In this document: one piece after another, positions 7,385 to 14,416 of the stretch
Position numbering within the stretch: position 1 is the stretch's first letter
Layout of the letters: every line of letters starts with the position of its first letter
The notes under the pieces: generated by a model
The model's database searches: none
Told to the model about the DNA's origin: nothing
The model's input: the letters and a program-made list of their open reading frames with translations, nothing else
Translations under genes and position numbers: made by a program
DNA from: a virus
Taxonomy: Duplodnaviria; Caudoviricetes
Length of the DNA: 51,612 nucleotides
IMG/VR virus record: IMGVR_UViG_3300010043_000003
Location: 1 to 51,612 of that record
Strand: one strand, 5' to 3'

Positions 7385-8203
7385 TCAGTTTGCGTGGATG
7401 ATTGCCGGCCGCGCCCAGCGCCGCTGGAAGGCGCGCCATTCCGGTGCCGGCTTATGCTTCTCCTGACTCGGTGTTTCCGGCCGCCACAGCATCGCCATCG
7501 GCGTCATGCCGATCGAAAGCATCTGCCGCAGCCTGTGCTCCGCCAGCTCGAAGCTGTCCTTGGGAAAACCCACCAGGACGTAGACCCGCATGCGATGCGA
7601 CTGCCTGGTGAAGCCGGCAGCGAGCAGACGCCTGGCCGCCGACTCGAGCGTCTCGAACTCGTCGCCCGGATCGTAGGCCCAGAACATGTTCGGCCGCGGC
7701 TTGAGACCGGCGAGCAGCTCAACGTGCCAGTCCTCAAGCGACAACGCCTCGAGGCCACCAGTGAACTCGACGCGCCTGGTTTGCCGGCGCAACATCGCGA
7801 ACACCGCCTCGACATGCTCGCGCGGACAGGCCAGGAGATTGTCATCGAGGATGTTGTGGCCATCGACGATCGGCAGCAGCCGCGGCACCGGATCACGCTT
7901 CCACACGCTGCAGAACCAGCACCGACGCGGACAGCCCCGCGATGTGAAAATATATCCCGGCCGGACGTAGCGTCCCGCCACGAACTCCTCGCCACGATCG
8001 CCGTAGGCAACGCCACCGACCTTCACCGGGGCAACGTATTTCCAATCCTCTGCCAGCTGCTCGGCCTTGGCCCGGTCATAGGTGAACGTCACCGACACGT
8101 GAATCTCGTCAGCCTCGTCGAACAGATCGGGCGGTCCGAACCGGGCGAGCTCGTCGTCCGGCGTCGCTCTGGTCCGCCGGGGAAAAACACGGATCAGACG
8201 CAT
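7385..8203 (-). CDS. radical SAM protein
   Basis: TSRGCPRRCWFC (CxxxCxxC), ILDDNLLA, YVLVGF. Confidence 0.9.
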   Translation of the reverse strand: MRLIRVFPRRTRATPDDELARFGPPDLFDEADEIHVSVTFTYDRAKAEQLAEDWKYVAPVKVGGVAYGDRGEEFVAGRYVRPGYIFTSRGCPRRCWFCSVWKRDPVPRLLPIVDGHNILDDNLLACPREHVEAVFAMLRRQTRRVEFTGGLEALSLEDWHVELLAGLKPRPNMFWAYDPGDEFETLESAARRLLAAGFTRQSHRMRVYVLVGFPKDSFELAEHRLRQMLSIGMTPMAMLWRPETPSQEKHKPAPEWRAFQRRWARPAIIHAN

Positions 8204-8212
8204 CTCTGATGG

Positions 8213-8413
8213 TTAGCGATTTTGCGAGGCGCCACGGGCGGGGGGCCATAACTGCGTTCCACCAAAGCGCGGGACCAGCCAGATCAGAATCGGGGCCAGG
8301 ATCATCAGGGTCGTTTCGACCCACTGCGTGGTGATCCCTGCCGGCACCCATCCGGTCCACAGCTCGACCAACTCCAGAATCGACATGATCACAGCTACAA
8401 GGGCCGCGGTCAT
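8213..8413 (-). CDS. putative holin
   Basis: SD GGAGGAG; two hydrophobic segments (TAALVAVIMSIL; TLMILAPILIWLVP); overlaps the start of the endolysin-type sequence. Confidence 0.65.
   Translation of the reverse strand: MTAALVAVIMSILELVELWTGWVPAGITTQWVETTLMILAPILIWLVPRFGGTQLWPPARGASQNR
8215..8288. repeat. 74-bp perfect direct repeat, copy 2
   Basis: Identical to 5958-6031. Confidence 0.95.
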
Positions 8414-8441
8414 TTGCTCCTCCTCTCCTAATCTCACGCGA

Positions 8442-9854
8442 TCAGTAATATTCTTCGACGACGATCAGACCGGAGCCGCCCCACCCGCCATTGCCGGACG
8501 ATACGCCCGCGACTCCCACGGTGTAGGGGTACGAACCAGGGGGGCTGAAAAATTCGACGTACTCACCCGCCCCGCCGCCGCCGCTTGACCCGATGGTGAC
8601 ATAGATGTTGCCGCCGCCGCTGCCGCCTGCGCCGCTGGACGGCGGCCCGTCGCCGCCGTTCGCGCCACCGAAACCAGAGCCACCCCCCGTACCTGTTGGG
8701 GTGGACCCCATACTTCCGTCGCTGGTCGATCCGGTATTGCCGTCACCGCCCTTCAATCGGTACACCAACACCCCGACGCCGTTGGAGCCTCCATAGCCAC
8801 CTGCGCCTCTGGCACCTCCGGAGTTGCTGGGCGCGCTCTGGCCGCCGCCGCCGGCGACGCAGCCCCAGCCGCCGAAAATCGTATTGCCGCCGGAGGTGCC
8901 GCTCGCAGCGCCCGCACTGCCGCCGGTCCCACCACCGGCAACCATGCGCACTCTGAGGTACGCCACGCCGGCCGGTGAGCTGTAGGTACCCGAGCCGGTC
9001 GTGAATCGCTGAACGGTCGGCATACGGTGCGCCGGGCCCGGCGGCCCTTGCTCGCCCTGCGGCCCCTGCGGGCCCGGCACGCCCTGCGGTCCCTGCGGGC
9101 CCGGCAGGCCCTGCGGCCCCTGCTGGCCCGGAACGCCCTGCGGCCCCTGCTGACCCTGCTGGCCCGGCTGACCCTGCACGCCAGGCGAGCCCTGCTGGCC
9201 CGGCTGACCCTGCGGCCCGGCGGGACCGGCAGGACCGACGATAGTCCCGGCATCGCCCCACGCCGAACCGTCCGACACCCACGCGTGGCCGGTGTCCTCG
9301 GTGATCCAGGCATCCCCGACGGCGGTCGTGCCGATCGGCGGCAGGTCGGCTACGCTCGGCACCGTGCCCTTAAAATTGATGCCGACGCCAGGCTGACCCT
9401 GCGGCCCGGCCGGACCCTGCGCCCCTTGCTGGCCCGCCACGCCCTGCTGGCCCTGCTGGCCCGGCATCCCCTGCGGGCCTGGCGCGCCCTGCGGCCCCTG
9501 CTGACCCTGCTGGCCCGGCACGCCCTGCGGCCCGGGCGGCCCGGGCGGACCTGGAACACCACCGCTGTCGGCTGCCACCCACTGGCTGCCGTCCCACGCC
9601 ATGAGCACATCGTTGCCGCTGTCCCACCACAACCGGCCGACATCCGGATCGGGGGGCGGCGTATCGCCGACGGATACCCCGATGAATTCGCGCACCGTCT
9701 GCGCCGTCACCGAATGCCACAGCGATTCGTAGGCCTCGTTGCGATCGAAGGGACCGCTGCGCGGTCGTTGCGGGACGCAGATGAAAAGCTCCGAGCCGTC
9801 GAGAGTCGTCCGTGCCGGCGAAGCCGGCAGGTGAGCGAGCCGCGGCCACCACAT
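8442..9854 (-). CDS. collagen-like fibre protein with a glycine-rich C-terminal domain
   Basis: Two G-X-Y tracts (GPQG/GQQG), WDGSQW motifs and an [14 protein letters not shown]...GGG C-terminal domain; start MWWPRL after GGGAG. Confidence 0.85.
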   Translation of the reverse strand: MWWPRLAHLPASPARTTLDGSELFICVPQRPRSGPFDRNEAYESLWHSVTAQTVREFIGVSVGDTPPPDPDVGRLWWDSGNDVLMAWDGSQWVAADSGGVPGPPGPPGPQGVPGQQGQQGPQGAPGPQGMPGQQGQQGVAGQQGAQGPAGPQGQPGVGINFKGTVPSVADLPPIGTTAVGDAWITEDTGHAWVSDGSAWGDAGTIVGPAGPAGPQGQPGQQGSPGVQGQPGQQGQQGPQGVPGQQGPQGLPGPQGPQGVPGPQGPQGEQGPPGPAHRMPTVQRFTTGSGTYSSPAGVAYLRVRMVAGGGTGGSAGAASGTSGGNTIFGGWGCVAGGGGQSAPSNSGGARGAGGYGGSNGVGVLVYRLKGGDGNTGSTSDGSMGSTPTGTGGGSGFGGANGGDGPPSSGAGGSGGGNIYVTIGSSGGGGAGEYVEFFSPPGSYPYTVGVAGVSSGNGGWGGSGLIVVEEYY

Positions 9855-9870
9855 CGAATGTATCTCCCGA

Positions 9871-11073
9871 TCAGAAGGAAAACGTGGTGATGCTGCACCA
9901 GCCCGAGCCGCCGTCGCCGCCCGACTGAATGACTCCGGTCGAATCGGCAGCCGTGCTCGCGCCCGAGCCGCCGCTGCCCGAATTAGCCGGCGCGGCAGCA
10001 CCCGGATTGGTGCCGCCGCCGGTCAGCGACAACACATAGGTGCCCTCGGCCGCCCCGCCGCCGCCGCCGAACACCAGCGTCTCAACGCCGATCCGCGTCA
10101 CCGAGGCAACAAATCCGTTGGAGCCGCGCCGCACGACGTCGCCGACCTCGCCGACCGTGGTACCGCCCTGACCCGGCGAACCGAAATTAGGAATATCGCT
10201 GCCGAAAAATTCGCCCGCCTGGCCACCGCTGGCGACCACCAGAGACCCGAAGCTCGTCGGGCTTCCGTCCTGCGATCCGGCGCCGATCCCACCGGCACCG
10301 ATGGTGACCAGCTGACCGGCGCCGCCGATCTGGGCCGCCGTCAAAAGCCGTTCGGCGTAACCGCCGGAGCCGCCGCCACCGCCGCCGCCGTAGTCGGTCG
10401 GGTTGCCGGCCGCGCCGCCGCCACAACCGCCGCCGCCGCGGCATCGCACGATCGCCCACTGCAATCCGGCCGGCGGGATCCATTGGCCGGTCTGAGTGAT
10501 GAACTCGAAGCCGATCCGCGGCACGAGACCCGCCTGCTGCTGGGGCGTGCAGGCGATCACGTTGTTTCCCGTTGAATCGAAACAGAGCCCCATCCCCTTG
10601 ACCAGGTTCGCCGGCGGCAGCGGATCGGGCGGGACGACGTTGGCCGGGTTGGCGACGATCGCGCGCGCGAGCACATCGGCATTTTGCTGCATCGCCAGCA
10701 CGGCCCGGTCGACCGCGGTCTCGGCGCCGATGGCGAGCGTCTCGAGGCTGCCCTCGTTCTGCAGGCTAACCGGCTGGATCAGCGGCAATGTCCGCATGAT
10801 CGTCAGTGTGGCGCCCGGCGGGATCGGCAGCCCATGCGGCGCAAAGGTAACCGTACCGCCGAGACCCCAGACCGCGCCCGGCACCGGCTGATTGAGCATG
10901 AGCTGGTACTCGGTCGGACCTGGCCCTTGCGTCAGCGTCGTCTGATTGCCGTTTGCATCGGTGTAGAGCACCGAGATATGGGTCGGCGCAACGCCGATGA
11001 ATCCGAAACCGAAGACGGTCTGAGCGCCGGTACCTCCGACGACGACTCGGCTTGTCTGGTCGTTGACGGTCAT
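9871..11073 (-). CDS. tail fibre protein (T7 gp17-like N-terminal anchor, glycine-rich C-terminal domain)
   Basis: [22 protein letters not shown]...[11 protein letters not shown]...[13 protein letters not shown] matches the podophage fibre attachment pattern. Confidence 0.8.
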   Translation of the reverse strand: MTVNDQTSRVVVGGTGAQTVFGFGFIGVAPTHISVLYTDANGNQTTLTQGPGPTEYQLMLNQPVPGAVWGLGGTVTFAPHGLPIPPGATLTIMRTLPLIQPVSLQNEGSLETLAIGAETAVDRAVLAMQQNADVLARAIVANPANVVPPDPLPPANLVKGMGLCFDSTGNNVIACTPQQQAGLVPRIGFEFITQTGQWIPPAGLQWAIVRCRGGGGCGGGAAGNPTDYGGGGGGGSGGYAERLLTAAQIGGAGQLVTIGAGGIGAGSQDGSPTSFGSLVVASGGQAGEFFGSDIPNFGSPGQGGTTVGEVGDVVRRGSNGFVASVTRIGVETLVFGGGGGAAEGTYVLSLTGGGTNPGAAAPANSGSGGSGASTAADSTGVIQSGGDGGSGWCSITTFSF

Positions 11074-11249
11074 GACTGATCCTCGGGCTCTTTGACCACG
11101 AGCGGCTGCAGACGGCACTTCGTGATGTAGGTCTGCTCGGCAGGCTTTGCGGCCGCGAGCTGGGCCTTGGTCGTTCGCGGCACGCGCTGGCGGAATTTTT
11201 CCGGCCGCACGGCCTGCACTCCGGGATGGGGCGGGGGAAAGACGGGCAT
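11070..11249 (-). CDS. small hypothetical protein
   Basis: Strong SD GGAGGT; ATGA-coupled to the tail fibre gene. Confidence 0.55.
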   Translation of the reverse strand: MPVFPPPHPGVQAVRPEKFRQRVPRTTKAQLAAAKPAEQTYITKCRLQPLVVKEPEDQS

Positions 11250-11270
11250 GGGGACCTCCTCCCCTATGCC

Positions 11271-11295
11271 AAAAAAAAAGCCGCCCGCAGGCGGC
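11271..11295 (-). terminator. rho-independent terminator
   Basis: GCCGCC-TGCG-GGCGGC followed by T9 on the minus strand. Confidence 0.8.
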
Positions 11296-11330
11296 CCAAG
11301 TCTCCAACACAATCTTCTCGCTTGCGGGGG

Positions 11331-11522
11331 TTATTTCTTTTTCGCGCCAAGCCCGATTCGCATGCAGGCCCTGATAGCCGCGCCGCGCCCGATCCTCAGA
11401 CCCGTCTCTTTCTCCTGTTTCGCAATCCACGCGTCAATACGGGCAAGATCGTCTGCTTCCAATCGCACGAGAACGGTAGCGGCAACTGTCGCTGGCCGGC
11501 CGGGACCTCGTATTTTCGACAT
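11331..11522 (-). CDS. ribbon-helix-helix (CopG/Arc-like) regulator
   Basis: GRPAT...VLVRLEADDLARIDAW...RGAAIRACMRIGL. Confidence 0.75.
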   Translation of the reverse strand: MSKIRGPGRPATVAATVLVRLEADDLARIDAWIAKQEKETGLRIGRGAAIRACMRIGLGAKKK

Positions 11523-11569
11523 TTTTCGACATCGTTTATTGACTTCGCCATAGTTAGACGATATCGAAA
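11513..11569. promoter_or_regulatory. operator repeats and divergent promoter region
   Basis: TTTTCGACAT twice in tandem (11513-11532), an inverted copy ATATCGAAA (11561-11569), and TTGACT at 11539. Confidence 0.5.
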
Positions 11570-11669
11570 TTACAGCGGCCGCGCAACGTAAGAAGTGCCC
11601 ACGGCCGCGGACCTGACAGGTGCTCACAACACCTGCCAGGCCCTAACCTGAAACATGGAGTAGGGTTCC

Positions 11670-11879
11670 ATGCCCCAAGCTGATTCCTCCAATACCACAG
11701 ATCTGTGCAAGCCGGTCGCCACCTCGACCGACCTTCAACTTTTCCAGCGCGATCTCCGCGACTGCTTCGAAGGCTGCATCCCCTTCCGCGAAGCCATCGA
11801 GATGATCGGCGCCCCTGCGCAGTACCGCGCGCAGCTGCGCGCCGACTATCGTCGCTGGACCCGGAAATTCGAGGGCTGA
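11670..11879 (+). CDS. hypothetical protein
   Basis: SD GGAG; first ORF of the plus-strand island. Confidence 0.55.
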   Translation: MPQADSSNTTDLCKPVATSTDLQLFQRDLRDCFEGCIPFREAIEMIGAPAQYRAQLRADYRRWTRKFEG

Positions 11880-11882
11880 GCG

Positions 11883-12104
11883 ATGCGCAGGCCCTCCACG
11901 TTCCCCTACCGGCCGACGGGCTTTAAGTGCCCGCACTGCGGCTGCACGCTGATGCGTTACCGCGGCAATTACGCGGGCAACCAGAAATACCGAAACGACG
12001 TCCAATGCGGCGGTTCCGGTTGCTATCGCTGGTCGGAACTCCCGTCCGACAGCCCGTTTTACATCCCCGAGCCAGCGGAGGCCGACGATGCCGCGTCCTC
12101 CTGA
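11883..12104 (+). CDS. Zn-ribbon protein
   Basis: CPHCG...CGGSGC. Confidence 0.55.
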   Translation: MRRPSTFPYRPTGFKCPHCGCTLMRYRGNYAGNQKYRNDVQCGGSGCYRWSELPSDSPFYIPEPAEADDAASS

Positions 12105-13068
12105 AGGCTACCGCAACCGCGCCGGGCAGCAGGTCCCCGGCGTTCACGACATTACCAACGCCTACATGCCCAAGCCCGCCCTCGTGGGCTGGGCCTATAA
12201 CCGCGGCAAGCAGGGCCTGCCGCTCTACGAGAAGGGCGCGCTCGACATCGGCACCGCCGTGCATGCGATGGCCGAGCTACACCTCAAAGGCGACAGCGAT
12301 CGCGAGATCGAAGCTAAGCTGAAGGAGCTTGGCCCTCTCGACCGCGCCAAGGCGCAAGCGGCCTATGGCGCGTTCTGCGAGTGGCGGGAACATTTCCGCT
12401 GCAAGTCGCTCGCCCACGAGGTTACGATCGTCTCGGAGACCTACCAGCTGGGCGGCACGCCCGACTGCATCGCCGAAATCTCAGGCGAGATCGGTCTCCT
12501 TGATTTCAAGACTTGCACCACGGTTCCGCGGGCACCCTACTACGAGCAACTGCTCGCGATGGCGGCGCACGCGACGTTATGGAACGAGCGGCATCCCGAG
12601 CGGAAGATTCACTCCTGCCACATCATCTACCTGCCCAAGGACGGCTCGACCCCCAAGCACCACGCCTATGCGAACTACGAGACGCAGTGGCGGGAGTTCG
12701 CGTGTCTGCTCGCGGCGTTCGCCGCCAAGAACGGCACGCCCAAGCCGGTCGAGGTCACTCGTGATCCCGAGCTAGTCGCCGAGCTCGCCCGCCTCAAGGC
12801 TGAGCTGCAGGCCTCCGCCGCCGCCGAGGCCGGCAAAACGTTGCGGGCGTTCGCACCGCCGCCGCCACCGCGCAAGCATGTGGGCAAGGGGACGCAGCTC
12901 ACGCTGGACATCGAGGCCGGCACGCGCCCGCCAGCCAACGTCGTCCCGCTGCGCCCGCCGGTCGACAGCATCCCTGAATTTCTGCAGCGCAAGAGGCCAG
13001 CGGCGCCGTCAGTCAAGCCCCGCGTGCGTCTGCGCGCGGACGGCTCGTGGTTCTACGTCAAGGGGTAG
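12088..13068 (+). CDS. PD-(D/E)XK exonuclease (Cas4/YqaJ/RecE-like) with a low-complexity C-terminal tail
   Basis: GTAVHAMAE, HEVTI, GGTPDCI, LLDFKT, QLLAMAAH. Confidence 0.85.
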   Translation: MPRPPEGYRNRAGQQVPGVHDITNAYMPKPALVGWAYNRGKQGLPLYEKGALDIGTAVHAMAELHLKGDSDREIEAKLKELGPLDRAKAQAAYGAFCEWREHFRCKSLAHEVTIVSETYQLGGTPDCIAEISGEIGLLDFKTCTTVPRAPYYEQLLAMAAHATLWNERHPERKIHSCHIIYLPKDGSTPKHHAYANYETQWREFACLLAAFAAKNGTPKPVEVTRDPELVAELARLKAELQASAAAEAGKTLRAFAPPPPPRKHVGKGTQLTLDIEAGTRPPANVVPLRPPVDSIPEFLQRKRPAAPSVKPRVRLRADGSWFYVKG

Positions 13069-13076
13069 GTGAACCC

Positions 13077-13271
13077 ATGCAAGTCGGTGACAAGATGCAA
13101 TGGCGCAAGGTCGTTAGCAATTACGGCCACGAGGATCTGATCCCCGTAGTCGTGCGAAAAATCGGCAAGCGCATCACCGTCGAGGCCCCGCTCAAGAACG
13201 GCGGCACGCGGCTCGTCGCGGTGTCGCCGGAACGTCTCCACCCCTACCACGCGGACGATAAACCATGCTGA
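13077..13271 (+). CDS. small SH3-like hypothetical protein
   Basis: MQVGDKMQW...V.KIGKRITVE...VAVSPERL. Confidence 0.55.
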   Translation: MQVGDKMQWRKVVSNYGHEDLIPVVVRKIGKRITVEAPLKNGGTRLVAVSPERLHPYHADDKPC

Positions 13272-13660
13272 TCGAGGTCACCGAGATTCATCCCCCCAAG
13301 ATCGGGGGGAAGGTCTCCCGCATCGTCGCCGCCGACGGCGAGCACTACCAGATCTGGCCCGAGAAACTTGCCGGCGTCGACGTCGGCAAGCGCTACGAGG
13401 TCGAGACCACGCAGCGCGAATACAACGGGCGCACCTTCAAGTCGATCAAGTCGATCGTCCCGGCCGCCGAGGAGAGCACTCCCGTTCAAAAAAACCGTGG
13501 GGTCGAAAACGACCCGACGGTTTGCGGCGAGGCCGAATACGTCGGCCGCGTCATCGCCGCCCTGATCGCCAGCGGCGGCATCGACAAAACCCAGATCGCT
13601 ACGGCAACCCGGTGGTTGCGCAACATTTGGAGGAACGAACATGCAAACAGCACGAACTGA
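13265..13660 (+). CDS. hypothetical protein, possible OB-fold ssDNA-binding or annealing protein
   Basis: Beta-rich N-terminal half, encoded next to the exonuclease; function is inference. Confidence 0.55.
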   Translation: MLIEVTEIHPPKIGGKVSRIVAADGEHYQIWPEKLAGVDVGKRYEVETTQREYNGRTFKSIKSIVPAAEESTPVQKNRGVENDPTVCGEAEYVGRVIAALIASGGIDKTQIATATRWLRNIWRNEHANSTN

Positions 13661-13961
13661 GGAAAGCTACGTAGCCCGCCACTGGCGCGGCGAGCTGAGC
13701 CTGCCGGTCAGCTACTGGATCAACGGCGGCCTCGTGACGGTCGGCATGAACATCATCGCCACTCTGGTCGAACTGTCCGGTTCCGCAGGCGCTGCGGTAT
13801 TGTACCTCGTCGCCGCGGCGCCGGTCTCGATCTGGCAGATCGTGGGCATCTGGCGGTCTGCCGACCGGCGCCACGACGGCTGGGCGACGGCCGCGAAGGT
13901 GATGACCGTCATCGGCGCGCTGTTCTGGATTCTCGCGCTCGTCAGAGTGGCCATGCTGTGA
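13641..13961 (+). CDS. membrane protein with three predicted helices
   Basis: HWRGELSLPVSYW...WQIVGIWRSA motif and hydrophobic segments. Confidence 0.7.
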   Translation: MQTARTEESYVARHWRGELSLPVSYWINGGLVTVGMNIIATLVELSGSAGAAVLYLVAAAPVSIWQIVGIWRSADRRHDGWATAAKVMTVIGALFWILALVRVAML

Positions 13962-14077
13962 ACGTCATGGGCGCGCTCATCGTCATCATCATCACGTTGT
14001 GGCTGTTCTTCTACCATCCCCTGCTCGCGATCTGCTTCCTCCTGCTGGCCATCCTGATCGCGATCGTTAACAAATAA
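13958..14077 (+). CDS. 39-aa hydrophobic membrane peptide
   Basis: GTGA-coupled; MNVMGALIVIIITLWLFFYHPLLAICFLLLAILIAIVNK; ends before a terminator; below the ORF-track cutoff. Confidence 0.5.
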   Translation: MNVMGALIVIIITLWLFFYHPLLAICFLLLAILIAIVNK

Positions 14078-14093
14078 GGGCTCACACCCGGAC

Positions 14094-14124
14094 AGACGGC
14101 GGCACCTGCCGCCGTCTTTTTTTT
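14094..14124 (+). terminator. rho-independent terminator
   Basis: AGACGGCGGC-ACCT-GCCGCCGTCT followed by a T-tract. Confidence 0.85.
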
Positions 14125-14211
14125 ATACCAACTTCCCGGAGGACGGGAGGACCCGACAAAACGCAGGATCGACGGGACCGTGGTCGACCGGATAACGCTA
14201 ACAGGCAATCC

Positions 14212-14415
14212 GTGGAGAACAAAAAGATGGACGTAGATAAGACAGTAATGCTTTGGATTGTCGCCTTCGCGTTAGTCGGCCTCGGCTTCGTGTTCGGCGG
14301 CTCGGCAGGAGGCTCGGCAACTCTTATTCTGCTGGCCGGATTGGTTGCACTTTACGCCGTGCTGTGGGGCGCTGAAAAGATTCTGCAAGCCCTTGGTTAC
14401 CGCGCCAAGCGGTAG
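14212..14415 (+). CDS. small two-helix membrane protein
   Basis: Two hydrophobic helices, lower GC, convergent with the giant gene. Confidence 0.55.
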   Translation: MENKKMDVDKTVMLWIVAFALVGLGFVFGGSAGGSATLILLAGLVALYAVLWGAEKILQALGYRAKR

Positions 14416-14416
14416 C

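Noticed and set aside
8109-8249. Second endolysin start MAPRPWRLAKSLTIRDAS...
   Set aside because: Chimeric by-product of the direct repeat; it runs out of frame into the radical SAM gene.
9036-9555. CRISPR-like or tandem DNA array
   Set aside because: The repeats are in-frame collagen G-X-Y codons with no spacer structure.
8442-14415. Diversity-generating retroelement, expected from the BPP-1-like virion module
   Set aside because: No reverse transcriptase motif, no Avd-like gene and no TR/VR pair with adenine-specific mismatches seen; the 74-bp repeats are identical.
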